DNA from: Octopus bimaculoides
Lineage: Eukaryota
Assembly (NCBI RefSeq): GCF_001194135.2
Contig: NC_068989.1
Coordinates: forward strand, 26,156,091 to 26,205,725
Reading direction: 5' to 3'
DNA: 49,635 nucleotides
Every line of letters starts with the position of its first letter. Within the stretch, counting starts at the first letter, position 1. The position numbers and the translations under genes were made by a program. The notes below the pieces were generated by a model, which was given only the letters and a program-made list of their open reading frames with translations, did no database searches and had not been told where the DNA came from. Positions 1 to 13,559 of the stretch are shown one piece after another.

Positions 1-246
1 ATATATATATGTGTGTGTGTGCGTGTGTGTGTGTATGTTTGTGTGTCTGTGTATGTCCCCCCAACATCGCTTGACAATTGATGCCGGTGTCTTTATGTCC
101 CTATTATCTAGCGGTTCGGCAAAAGGGAATAGATAGAATAAGTACTAGACTTACAAAGAACAAGTCATGGGGTCGATTTGCGCGACTAAAGGCGGTGCTC
201 TAGCATGGCCACAGTCAAATGATTGAAGCAAATAAAAGAGTAAAAT
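1..246 (+). mobile_element. 3' half of an octopus-type SINE with an internal (AT)n(GT)n microsatellite
   Basis: After the (GT)n tract: gtccccccaacatcgcttgac...gatagaataagtact...ggggtcgatttg...ggcggtgctctagcatggccacagtcaaatgattgaagcaaataaaagag. A 5' part of the same family lies at 38050-38220 and a reverse-complement 3' end at 45236-45290. Confidence 0.75.
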
Positions 247-299
247 ATTAGTATGATAATATATATATGCATATATTTATATACATATATATATACACA

Positions 300-328
300 T
301 ATATACATATATGTATATACACACACAC

Positions 329-406
<78 letters not shown>
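300..406. repeat. (AT)n microsatellite
   Basis: Seen directly. Confidence 0.95.
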
Positions 407-408
<2 letters not shown>

Positions 409-423
409 GCATATAGGTGCATG

Positions 424-792
424 TAGGGTGTATCAAAAGTTAGTGATGTGTTTCAGTGTGTGGATAAAGAGAGGGTTTTTCGTCAACAAACTGGAGAACC
501 TAGTGCAACTGAAGGAGAACATCAATAGAGAAGTCAGAGAAGTGGGGTCTGAAACTCTTCAGGGTGATATGGTGCAAGGTTCGGAAAGAGCACGGGCTTG
601 CGAAGCCGAAAATGGCTTTGGTTTAAGTTATATCATTTGTTATATGTGATGTAGTGGCGTTGCATAATTTGACTTATGCATATTAATTTCCATTATGTCC
701 TTATATTGCATCACACTTTCATGCATTTATTTGTAAATTTAAGGAAGATATTAAGAATTGAAAGCCATCAGTAACTTTTGGGACACTTTGTA
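424..792 (+). mobile_element. Internally deleted Tc1/mariner derivative (TIRs plus transposase C-terminus)
   Basis: Imperfect TIRs tagggtgtatcaaaagttagtgatg / catcagtaacttttgggacactttgta. The translation [31 protein letters not shown]...[11 protein letters not shown] resembles Tc1/mariner transposase C-termini. Confidence 0.7.
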
Positions 793-801
793 TACACACG
801 C

Positions 802-847
<46 letters not shown>

Positions 848-850
848 GTA
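793..850. repeat. (CA)n/(AT)n microsatellite
   Basis: Seen directly. Confidence 0.9.
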
Positions 851-1493
851 TACTTACCTGGAAACGGATGCGTCGCATACAGTTAAATAATAAACAATAA
901 ATTATATATTTGTATGTATGTATGTATANNNNNNNNNNNNNNNNNNNNNNNNNNNNNNNNNNNNNNNNNNNNNNNNNNNNNNNNNNNNNNNNNNNNNNNN
1001 NNNNNNNNNNNNNNNNNNNNNNNNNNNNNNNNNNNNNNNNNNNNNNNNNNNNNNNNNNNNNNNNNNNNNNNNNNNNNNNNNNNNNNNNNNNNNNNNNNNN
1101 NNNNNNNNNNNNNNNNNNNNNNNNNNNNNNNNNNNNNNNNNNNNNNNNNNNNNNNNNNNNNNNNNNNNNNNNNNNNNNNNNNNNNNNNNNNNNNNNNNNN
1201 NNNNNNNNNNNNNNNNNNNNNNNNNNNNNNNNNNNNNNNNNNNNNNNNNNNNNNNNNNNNNNNNNNNNNNNNNNNNNNNNNNNNNNNNNNNNNNNNNNNN
1301 NNNNNNNNNNNCCCCCCCCACACACACACACATGTTTATGCAAACGCATATATGCATAGTCATACGTATTTAGAGAAATAAATATGTGCATACACATAAG
1401 CGTATTCTAATATATGTACACCCATATTCTCCCACTCATATACATACGAACACTCCTGTGTGCACGCAAATATATCCAGGCTTATACATACAC

Positions 1494-1529
<36 letters not shown>

Positions 1530-3835
1530 CAGCGTTCCATAATCATATACCTGTATTCTTGGTGAATAACAGTCCAACCGTACTCCTTCTTGTTGATTCA
1601 AATACCTTTAATTTTATATTTACACACGACGAATGCCCAAATTTAGACTTGGAATTATATAATAATACTACCAGACATTACTGGGCAATTCTTAAGGTGT
1701 GTGTGTCTATTACATTAATCTGAAGACTGTGTTGTCATGCAGCGAATAAGGTATATTCATTATACTGTCGTTGTTAAATGTAACACATGTCCCACAATTC
1801 CTTTTGCTACTGGCCAATACCAGCACGTGAGAAATGTTCAGCATGCCATTTAAATAAAATTTGTAAGAGAAACCTAACGTGAAATAAAACGTGCAAAGTA
1901 TGCTGCGCATTCATTAAAATATATAGAAAGTGATTCAGAAAAGCTATTGGCTAATATCATGCTGAGGAAGTGCATTAACTCCCCTACCACGAAGTACATA
2001 ACTAAGTGCACTCGAAATGAAAGAACATATTACAAATTATTCTTATAACATTTCAAGTTAAATGTGCGTCACGTGGTCATCATTTTGATCATGTAAATCC
2101 TCCAGTTCCGGTCTACTAATGTGAATATATGTTAATGACTGTTTTACATATTTCAGACATTCAAAGAACTGAAAGATCAAACAACATAAAGTTGGAAGAG
2201 TGTGCGTTTGAGTATTATGCGTTGCTGCAATTCTAGGTTGGTTCGTTCAGATTCAAAGTAATTCTATCGTCAAATCACTTTCTAAGCGAGAAGAATACTG
2301 GAGGAGTGTCGTCTTGGATGATGATATGATATGAACCAGTATAGTTTAAGACGCTACTGTCCCACACTTCCCGACAAGACGAAGCGACTCTCTGTTAGCA
2401 TTTTCTTTTGGTTCATCACCAATATCTCGGCAACTTGCCTTCATGAGCAGGGCAGCAAGTCAATAGGACAGCACGGTAGAATTGGTATGTATTAAAAAAA
2501 AAACAAAAAAAAAACAATGCAAAAGGATCACATAAATTTGTGCCATGTACAATGAAGCACTGGATAATGAACAGAAAACAAGATATTTTGCAGTGTTTGT
2601 AGCGGAGAACCTCTTTAGGCAATTAGCAATCATCTTTAATAGCAGTTACTTGACTTCTTTCGAAAAGAATCATGCTGCATTCTGGATGAAAATAGATCTT
2701 AAACAAAGATAAGGTAATTGGTGAGCTCTAACACAAAACAAATATTTTTCTGCTACTAAAGTGATTTTACAAACAAAATTTTCTTCACGAAATTGATTTA
2801 CTGAAATATTCATTCACACAACCTGATTGAAATTGCAGTACACTCATCTGAGATCGCTGCAGGTTTCCTAATATATAGTAATAATGTATAGTATAAATGT
2901 TCATCCTATTCACGTTCATACAAGCACACACATAGATTCTAGGAACGAGGTGTTTTCTGTATGTCCACATTTTAAGAAAGACATCTTGGCATATTTTAAA
3001 AGCAGACCGCTAGACATATAGTAAACCATTAACATCTTTTGAAATGACGTTCTAACGTTGGTTATCTCCCTTGTATTTTTTCCTTTTGTGTTCTTTCTTA
3101 TCAGTGCCCCTTGTTTAAACGCCATTTGCTTTTATCAACTTGAAAAATAGCGAAATGAATTTATATTTCGACGAGGAAACTGTGGGTAGCTCTATTTAAC
3201 CACGCTCGTCTTCATCAATAACAAACACTCGTTAGTCTGTTTCTCAGTTTCCAGGTTCTATATTGCTTTCTTTATATGACTGTGATTGAGAATCTAAGAG
3301 AGAAAGTGAGATAAAACAAGTGTGCGTGTGCGTATGCGTCTGTTGTGTGTGTGCGTGCGTCTGTGCATGTGCGTACGTGTGTATATGCATATGCGTGTGC
3401 GTGCGTACGTACGTGCGCACGCATGTGTGTGTTGTGTATGCGTACGCTTTTGTGCATACTGCGACAACAGCATCACCACCACCACAACAACAAAAGAAAG
3501 GAAAATATCCCAAATATAGATAAGATCTTTTATGAATCCACACGTATATGCTTGACTGTGCACAAACGCGCACTTATTAGTATATCATATGAGTACTCTG
3601 AGAACTTTCTTTTGTTGAGTAGTAAATACTCTATCTCTCCGTCCACAACATTGAATAGAATTACTGTTGTAGCCTATCACTCTGAACTACTGCATGATGT
3701 TGATCTTCTCATTGTAAACAAAGTAAATGTAAACATTTGAGACGTTTACATCTTATATATTTTATAATAAGAATATGCTGTGACTTACAGTTTACGCATT
3801 AGTATATTTTATAATATGTAGTAATATACATTATG

Positions 3836-4177
3836 CGAAAGCGTATAGCTCAGTGGTTAGAACGTCAAGCTTAAGATCGTGAGGTTGTGAGATCGATTCC
3901 CGAAACGGGCTGTGTGTTGTGTTCTTGAGCTAGACACTTTATTTCACGTTGCTCCAATTAACTCAGCTGTAAAAATGAGTTGCGACATCACTGGTACCAA
4001 GGTGTATCGACATTTGCCTTTCTCTTGGATAAAACCTGCGGTGTGGAGAGGGGAGGCTGGTATGCATGGGTGACTGCTAGCCTTCCACAAACAATCTTGC
4101 CCGGACTTGTGCCTCGGAGGGTAAATTTCTAGGTGCAATCCCATGGTCATTCATGACAGAAGGGGGTCTCTTCCTCC
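3836..4177 (+). mobile_element. tRNA-derived SINE, full length, with a 16-bp target-site duplication
   Basis: A box tagctcagtgg and degenerate B box gatcgattcc; central gtgttcttgagctagacacttt resembles the conserved Meta/CORE-type domain; TSD agtaatatacattatg at 3820-3835 and 4178-4193. Confidence 0.85.
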
Positions 4178-6033
4178 AGTAATATACATTATGTTGCATT
4201 ACATTTCATTAGCTTATGTAGAAGATAGTACTAAAGCTATATAGGTAATTAGCGGAGAAACTATGGCCAATAAATTTCATATTAGCGTATATTTTTACAC
4301 GCTCTATCATATACCTACTTCTGTCAGTGGAACAGATATGCAAAATATTTTGATCGCTTGTGTTCAATGACAATAGCTGCAATGCAATACAGAAAGAATA
4401 AAGTGAATGACAAGGAACGATATTGTAAAAAAGTAAGAAATTAAATGAGCTATTGAGTTCGAGAGAAGCATATAGTAAGACATAAAACAGTTGAGAAAGT
4501 TGGAAAGATATTTAGAACGTGACAAATAAAGCATCTCGCGGTACAAAATACAAATGTCAAGATTCAATGTAATCTCCAATATATCACATATTGTACTTCA
4601 GTAAATACATTATGAATTTACATTATAGAATGAAAGGAGTTCTCATAAAGAAAACAATCTGAAAATATGTCGTAAAAAATAACATTTCAATACGAAACAT
4701 GTCTTCTAGGTGCGTACTGAAACAGTATCGTATTTCAATTATTTTAACGCGTACATATAAAAACACGAATACCTCTCGATACACCCTGTTTCTCTATTCA
4801 TGAAAGAATGGAGGAATCTATGTATCTATCTATCTATCCAAGTATATATCTATATATCTATCCATCTGGATCTCTTCAGTTTCGATAACATATTTTTTTT
4901 AATTATTATTGTTTTTAACTAAATAGTTTGAAACTTCGTATACTTGTGTAATTTCTCGCACTGAGCACTGTTTACTTCCAACATTTTTGACAAAATTTCG
5001 TATTTTAGAAGTTATTTCGTGCTAAAGTTGTTATATTTGGGTAATTTTAACCAATCATTGACGTGTATTCAGCTGGAGAAATTTACTGCTGTTTGAGAAC
5101 GAAATTGAAGAGCAACAACGTCCGGGTCATCTCTACTAAATGTCACCACTCTGTTCTATGTTATGTTTTTTACTGCCTGTGTTGTATATTAGACGCTTTT
5201 TTGTCGTTTAATTTTTTTTGCAAGGAACGAGTTGCTGGAATGCCGGTTAAATATTCCTCTCATCCGTTGGAGTTAAAACCACCAAATATTTTAATTACAT
5301 TCCTAACCGATCGAAACGCAATAAAAATACATAACGATAAAAAGTAATAATAGATCGTAGATAGATATATTTTGCACTTAGGGGAGGTGAGAAGTATCAA
5401 ACCACTAGTAAAGATAAAAACATATTTTTTAATCAACATATATGAAGGGAATTGATTTAGGAAATGGGTAGATACATATCGTAATAATTAATAGCGTATA
5501 AATTTTCTGGTTATACCATTTTAAATTATAAATAATTATTTCCTAGTTTGAGTAATAGAATAATCAATTCAACTAAAAAGTTATATTACGTCAAATCACG
5601 AGAGGGTGCTATAAGTATGATTTCCTAAATGAATATTAGATCTAGCTGATCATATAGGTATGATTGAAGCTAACCAACAATGTGAATACCGTTATTTTAA
5701 AAAAGAATGTTTAAAAATCTGGTATGTAAAGAGTGTCAAAAGACAGTCAAAATTTGCGATGGGTTACAATGTTTCAACAAATAATAAGGTTTATGTTTGA
5801 AGATCATGAATTCATTTGATGAAAACTGTTTCTTTGCAATGATGTAATGTTTTCATCAATTAATTAAAGGAGTCGTTAGAAACGGCCGTATGGCACCTCA
5901 CACTCTTTGTTAGTCACTTATATTTTATTCACCTATCCTGGAATCTATGCTTCATGAGTATAATAAACAATATTTTTATTATAAAACTGCATGTCTCACT
6001 GGGAAGAGCGGAATATATATATNNNNNNNNNNA

Positions 6034-6097
6034 TATAATTTTATATATATATATAATTTTTTATATATATAATTTTATATATATATAATTTTATATA
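6034..6097. repeat. Short AT minisatellite (atataattttatatatat-like unit, about 4 copies)
   Basis: Seen directly. Confidence 0.7.
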
Positions 6098-6699
6098 CTA
6101 GTGGTACAACAAAGCACCAATGTTTACTGAAAATAGCTGGTGATTCATTTACGACGCTGTAGTAAGGTGTGTATATACTGACAAATACGAGAGGGCAGCA
6201 AACATTAAAAAATCCTCATGCCTCTAGAAAGAACATTATAAACGTGGACAACCAGAATCGGATAATCCAGCACCTAGGTTTCGGACTCGTCAAATATGTT
6301 TGTCATCGTAAATTTGATTAGTCTTCATCATCTGGATTTACCTTCACACTATTTCAAATATTGCTACACCAATGCCAGTAAACTCGCCTGAACGTTTAGC
6401 CGTTAACAGACCGGGAACGGTGAAAACTTTTCAAGACAAAATAAAGTATTGCAATATAAATATATTGCTTTATTGTAAAATAAAGCACCGTAAATTGTAT
6501 AAATTAGTAAGATGGATACACGCGATTTAGAACCAAAAAACACAAGAGTAGAAGTCACTAAAGTGACTGAGGGTGCTGGTGAACACCAGCATTCTCTCTT
6601 AGTCACGTGAGAGCACTTGCTTAATGATTGGAAAGTGAGACAAGCATCCTAACCCAAGCGAGATGATTTCAGATTTCATTAAATATATATATATGTCTG

Positions 6700-6710
6700 T
6701 GTGTGCGTGC

Positions 6711-6778
<68 letters not shown>

Positions 6779-6780
6779 GT
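6700..6780. repeat. (GT)n microsatellite
   Basis: Seen directly. Confidence 0.95.
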
Positions 6781-7826
6781 ATGACGACTATTGTAGTGCC
6801 TTTTGAGTTTAAGTTGCGAATAGCCATCTTAATAATTTATGATTCCTACCTCAGCATTTTCAAAATTAGTCAATGTTTCCTAAGGTGTTTTTAATTAGAC
6901 TGACAAGGTGAGTTAAGTCTGAAACACTCGGCGTTGGAGTAATTGATCGGCGATGTACTTTAATCAAATCTGAAATTTTATTTGCGAAAACATATTTGTT
7001 GCTTTGAGACTGTGACCTGATTCCTGACTAAAGTCCGTGCTGCATTAATATATATATATGAAATAGTCATAGTGAAGTATAGGAGAGCGGCCCGTAGGAA
7101 TCTATTCGCTCATTAGGAATCAGCCGTGCCCACTAGAACCAAAGCCGCATACGCACAGAATGAGATCACACATATAAGAAGAATTTTACCAGATTCCTTT
7201 AAAACATCGTAGGGTTTCGAGATCTTTGATTGCATTATGAGTGCCAAATTAAGTGTTGATTGTGATAATAGATCGATATTTGAGTGATACGTATTTAGGT
7301 CTCAAATAGAAGCTTTCTGAACGCGTTACCGACATTTTGGGTAACAATTATACATTTTAGTGTGTATCTGAGATTTATGCGGCAATAATTTCAGAGTTCT
7401 TTAATTCATTTCCCAGAAATAAATTGCCGTAGTTACATATATTTTTGTGATAATTATCTAAAGTGCTTTATTTCTCATAAAGTTTGCCCCAGACAACTTA
7501 ATTTCCGATTACTGAAAAAAACCGAAAATTAGGATGATAATCAAAGACAATAGTTGAGAATTAAAACTCAAACGTACATGGAGAGTATTAGGGTTAGGGA
7601 AATTAAAAGGAGCTAATTTATGCTTGATATATAAGTATGTATAGATGCATATTTGTGTACAAATATATACATATAAGCATCATTACGCTTCGTGCAAATT
7701 TATAATTCATAGCTCTTTAAAGCTATTATAACTGCGTTCCACCCATGCCACTACTGGTGATATCATCAAATTTTGAATTTATCCACANNNNNNNNNNACC
7801 TTCAAATCTCAGTGTTTGAATATTTC

Positions 7827-7865
<39 letters not shown>

Positions 7866-8129
7866 CATATACATAAATATATATGCATGTACACATGTAT
7901 TTTTATACATACGCGCACGCTCACACACACGTATATATGTGTTTGTGTGTTTATATGAAGGAAGTGGTTTTGGGAAGGCAGAAGTACAAATGAAGGTCAA
8001 ACAGAAAGACTAGAAATGTAGAGGAAATGCTAAGTGAACGTGATGAGAGGTGGATAGATCAGTAAAACAAAATTTTACAACAGAAGTAATGAAGAAGCAA
8101 GTGAGTAAGTAAGTAAGGAATGAATGCAA

Positions 8130-8215
8130 TAATGAATGGATGAAGGAAGAAAGACAGGAAGGAAGGAAGGAAAGAAGGAAGGAATGAAAGAAGGAAGGAA
8201 GGAAGGAATAGAGGA
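8130..8215. repeat. (GGAA)n-like purine tract
   Basis: Seen directly. Confidence 0.75.
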
Positions 8216-11200
8216 ACAGGCATGATAAGAAAAGATCGGAAAATTCTGATGCTTGTGGAAAATATATGGAAACTTTAAAGGTAAAAACTTCAAACATGTA
8301 AAATGTATAAGAAAGGTATTAAAAATTATGCATAAGCAATAGAAGACACCTTTAAAATAATTGAATTGTAGGAACAAGTCTGAAGTGGATTGTAAATATT
8401 TTGAAAAGTTAAGAATTATTTAGAATTATGTAAATATTTAGAATATAATCGTATTAATTAAATCGTATAAGGAAGGAATTTATAATAAAATAGTGAAGAA
8501 GAAAAAAACATATTCTTCAATTCCTGGAATTTATTAAATAATCGATAAATTGTCAATACAGAAAACCGTTAAAAGTTAAATTGGATCTTAATCACTTTCA
8601 GATATTTCCATAGGAAAAATATAGAATTTTTATCGAAATGCCAAACAAAACAACACACTCTGGTGAATTTAAAAGGATAACAAAAATTATAAAAAAACAA
8701 TAAATATCTAACATATATAAGAAAAATTACATGAACATATATATAAATAAATATATGTAGTCCGTTAATGCTTGAATATTTATTTGTAGTTGCAAGAATT
8801 TTAAACAATATAGAAATTGTGAATGGAATTCACTTGAATTTACGCTCAAATGGTTTGGTTCCTCTATATGTAATATCTAGAATAAATAGTAAACAATATA
8901 CATATAACATTTTAGCTGAGTTTTTTCTATGTGGGACATTTTTCCGAACAATTAAAAAGACTGCATAATTTAGCCAAAATAGAGTAGGTTTAAATTTGTG
9001 CAGCTGTAGGAAATTAAGGGATTCTTGAAATACAGCATGCAGTAGAATTAAATAAATATAAAAGCTTAGTAAGAAATCGTTCAAGATAATATGTTTACAA
9101 ATATGATAATATTGTTTATTACACAATAGTAAATGGGAATATTTGGATAAATACCCGTGTGGGCAATGATAATGGGACAGATATGTAATAAATATATTTG
9201 GTTGTCCCATCATTATTGGTTGTCCAATCCGTATAATGCGATTTGGTATAAAGTAGCAACATTCAAATAAATAAATTGATCATATTAAAACAATAATGAA
9301 AGTCATAGCATAAAAATATGAGGAGAGCGCAAGGAAATAGAAAGTCTAGAAAACATAGGTAAAGGCCAATATAAACTTGCAAACTCGTGGATTATTAATT
9401 CTTTTTATGCAAAATTATCAACTCCTTATACGAAGAAGTATTTTTTAGTTAGCAATCATGTCTGCTTTGGTTCCTGGTCCAGACACATATTCTGTCATAA
9501 ATTCAGGAACACTTAATGGTCGTCAGTAATAATGCTGATGGAAAATTTATCGAAGCTTACGATTTGAGTCTACCAGACAGACCTGGTGGCACTATTTACG
9601 TATTTTGGATTGTATAAATATGTGGCAATATACATGTATGTAGTAATCTAAAAGGGGGTTCAAGGTATACATATGTGGTGACATATATTTATTTTTCAGA
9701 AATTTTATATGTGATATATTATTTAACTGACAACGTTGATCGAGAAATATGCGCATTCACACATCAAAATCTAAGTAAAATCTACAAATGTTTTTACGTC
9801 AAAAAAATTTAGAAGCTTAGCGAAATTTGAAATAAATCAGTTTGAACAATGGAACTCAAAATAGATATGGCTATAAATAATAACGTGCAGAATATTGGTT
9901 TTCGAAGTTTTATATTCTTATGACAAAAGCAACATGCATTTCTAGTTGTTCAGAACAGTTTCTAAGTTGGATAGAGAAAATTTCGTGGGCAGCCCTCAAA
10001 TTTTTTCTACCGCTGGAATGAATTGCTTAAAACCCAATATTCTCTACTAGTTATGGATGTCACTCACTTAGAAGGGTTGTATTTTAGGCAACTCATATTG
10101 TAGCGTTTCTTAAATTTAGACTTATTGTAATATATATTCAATTACGAACTAATATAATGTTATGACTTTTAAGATTTAAACGTAAATCTATGTGTAAAAT
10201 GTCAAAAAAGTTTTCGATGATTAAGTATTGGTTGTGACGTTCTAGAGAATTGTGTTCTGAATAATGTTTATTTTTAGAGTTTACTTCATTTAAACGGTCA
10301 GGATTTTGATATTGAATGCAAAAAGATATTCTGAACGTCACTGTTTTCTAGATATTAATTTAGTTGTAGGAAGCATTACGGAGAATATATTAAAAAAGCC
10401 AAAGGTTCTAAAATCCTGACTGTTATATTTTAAATAAGGTTATGAATGAATGTCTAGCACCTTTCTGTTTATGGATGTAGTTAAGTATTTGTATGTGTAA
10501 CATTAGGAGAATTATAAAGGTTATGGCGGACATCACGATTATTTACCCTTGTGAGGTAATTTTCAGTGTTAAAAGAGAAGCACAAGTTCATGAATTAATT
10601 GTAGATGCCTTCCATTAACATGTTTCTCACGAGCAGGTTCTAATCGATCAATATTAATTGACCATCGTCACGATACGTTCCACCCGTGTTTGTGGAGAAA
10701 CGATTTTCCTTTTATTTCAACAAATTCAGTGATTTCAGCTGATACCATAAAAGCTATTATGACGAAAGAGGTTTTGTGTCTTATTAATCCACGAATTATC
10801 ATATTTAAATATAATTTTTCTAACGTGTGTACCAAGTAATTTTTGTTCTTTGTATGTGAAGACGGTCACAAATATTAACTGAAATTGCTTCTGGTAATAT
10901 GGGAAGGGAGAATGCAGCTTGATAACTACGAATATCTTAACTAGAGATATGTCTACCTTTTACCGAGATGAAGGCTTTAAGCTAGTTCATTTCTTGTGGT
11001 ATGTATTACATAGCCCCTTGGTTCGATCATACACGTTTGTCTTTAATAGTATTCTAAATGGAGACTTTCAATCAAAATTCCATGCCGATTTATTATTTAA
11101 ACACTAACTTAATAATCAAGAAAATAAATTTAGTAAAACTCATTTAGTAAGTTCACTATTATATTCAAACTTAATTGAAACAAACATAATGTAATTCAGT

Positions 11201-12419
11201 TCAGGCATGGTGAGAAATCAGTTGTCACTTCCACGGTCTCCTTTGCTTTTCCGGTCTTTCTGTAGAACTCACGATAACATTACTGAACGAAGTGCTACCA
11301 TCAAAATTTAAATGACTTTTTATCTGAACATAAACGTACTTTACTTAAGTTATGTATTTAATACTTTCTACTTTACAGTTAATACTATACATTTGTCTAA
11401 GAGAGTTTAACGGCCACGTGTGTAATAGATAGATATACATACAGTATATACATACATTCAAAGATAAGTATATAAATGTCTGTGTGTGCGAGTGTGGGTG
11501 CGCTCGTGTGAGCATGTTTATTTGAAGTGAATATGCAAAATGTTTTCATACTATCTATTACATTAAAATTTTCTGAATAACTGATATTATCTCATATTAT
11601 ATTTTCGTATACTCAATTTTGAAGTTCTAAGTGTAATTTTGCAAGTTCCAATCAATTATAAAGTTGAAACACATCAAACGTTTAGACACATAGCAATCAG
11701 CAATGAGAATGAAGACGATATTAAAAGGAATTTATTAAATAAAGTAAGTAGGATTATATGTGTGGGCGTGTATGTGAGTGCGTATTTGTGTGTTTGTCTC
11801 CGTGTGTGTGTGTATATATATNNNNNNNNNNNNNNNNNNNNNNNNNNNNNNNNNNNNNNNNNNNNNNNNNNNNNNNNNNNNNNNNNNNNNNNNNNNNNNN
11901 NNNNNNNNNNNNNNNNNNNNNNNNNNNNNNNNNNNNNNNNNNNNNNNNNNNNNNNNNNNNNNNNNNNNNNNNNNNNNNNNNNNNNNNNNNNNNNNNNNNN
12001 NNNNNNNNNNNNNNNNNNNNNNNNNNNNNNNNNNNNNNNNNNNNNNNNNNNNNNNNNNNNNNNNNNNNNNNNNNTATATGGGTCGATATAACTTGAGTAT
12101 ATACTCTTAACATATACATGTATGTGTGCATGTAAGCATGTTATTTCTTGAATTAGAACCATTCAGTATACTTTGTACTTATAAGCATTTTTCAAGATGG
12201 TTTCAGAGATACTTATTAAGTAAACATTATGCGAAATTACTTTACATTATTTAATATTGTCTAGTTTCGGCCTTCGTTACCACTCCAAAATTCTACATAT
12301 GAGGGGAAGATATGTGCCAGTAGTACATTGCTTCAAATATAATATATTATTTCAAGACCAAATTAAAAGTCCGGAAAATTCTTTCAACTTTTTCTTCTGA
12401 TAATAATTATTATCCAGGA

Positions 12420-12498
12420 TCACCTCCTCCCCCTCCTCATCCTCGTCGTCGTCGTCGTCGTCGTCGTCGTCATCATCATCATTATTGTCATTATTATG

Positions 12499-12562
<64 letters not shown>
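12420..12562. repeat. Compound trinucleotide array (CCT)(CGT)n(CAT)n(TAT)n
   Basis: Seen directly. Confidence 0.9.
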
Positions 12563-12563
<1 letters not shown>

Positions 12564-12564
12564 T

Positions 12565-12900
12565 ATGACTATCATTACATCATGAAAACTCTCTAATGGT
12601 ATCACGTCCACTTTCTTCATTGCACACAACCTACGTATTTCCCATTTCAGTTCATTATAGCTGTTCTTTTTTTCTTCTTTCTCTTCTATCCTATCATCAC
12701 CAGAGCACGTCATGTCAATTATAAATCATACTTTAATTTTCTGTTCACTACAACAATGTCAGATTTCTGATGAGTACTCTGATGATTCCGCTGAACCATT
12801 GCATCCCACAATATTTCGGAATCGTAATTCTCAGTAACTCCTGAGATTTGATCGTACCGCGCTGTTTGTCTTTTTTAAGCTGGAATCATTACTTCCCAAC
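12565..12900 (-). mobile_element. R4/Dong-clade LINE fragment (RLE endonuclease region)
   Basis: Minus translations GVTENYDSEILWDAMVQ...KSDIVVV and MTCSGDDRIEEKEEKKNSYNELKWEIRRLCAMKKVDVIP match the RLE C-terminal pattern. Confidence 0.7.
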
Positions 12901-13238
12901 TTGGTGATTCTATCCGTTGTCTTTTTTCAGACTCGCAACACCACATATTTTGTGCCGGAATTACATCTTGACATCAGACTTAAAATTAGTAGGCAGTGTT
13001 ACCAAGGTACTTTCTTGTATCTCATCCTTACGATAAATATTCAAATCAACCTTAAAGAAAAGATGGTGGATATTTTGTGTTTTTCTCTTCAACAGGTTTC
13101 CTTTCCTCAGCGCGAAATCAGAGAGCATGGAAAGTGCAAAAGCAATGGACACAAGCGCTGTCCTTAAAAAAATCCTTCTCTTGATGCCCAGGGTTACTAA
13201 GCCTGAAATACCTTTTGTTCCATCAACCAAGGAATTAA

Positions 13239-13545
<307 letters not shown>

Positions 13546-13559
13546 TTCAACTTTGTTTA

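Noticed and set aside
850-861. ATACTTACCTGG, identical to the U1 snRNA 5' end
   Set aside because: The match stops after 12 nt with no U1 stem-loops or Sm site; better read as a minus-strand splice donor.
2157-2713. Two plus-strand exon-like units (2157-2236, 2594-2713) with AG/GT borders
   Set aside because: Stops occur in or at the end of the open frames, I recognise no protein, and such sites are common by chance. RNA-seq is needed.
3170-3210. GACGAG/CTCGTC plus GTGG/CCAC hairpin next to GAAAC
   Set aside because: No CUGANGA core, so not a hammerhead; too short to be significant.
3841-3905. tRNA-like sequence
   Set aside because: It is the head of a TSD-flanked SINE with a degenerate B box, not a tRNA gene.
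4880-5350. Possible DNA-transposon remnant (similar-looking stretches at 8500-9260 and 9650-10100)
   Set aside because: No TIR pair, TSD or coding motif could be fixed by eye.
5816-5859. 11-bp perfect inverted repeat ttgatgaaaac/gttttcatcaa
   Set aside because: AT-rich and short; expected by chance in 50 kb.
10668-10802. Minus 44-aa ORF with a signal-peptide-like start (MIIRGLIRHKTSFVIIAFMVSA...)
   Set aside because: Short, with no recognisable family and no good donor site.
11639-11750. Plus-strand frame ...EDDIKRNLLNK ending at AAA|gtaagt
   Set aside because: Good donor but no convincing acceptor or homology.
13097-13238. Strong acceptor followed by the frame FPFLSAKSESMESAKAMDTSAVLKK...
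   Set aside because: No donor before the TTA array and no recognisable protein; it lies inside a repeat cluster.
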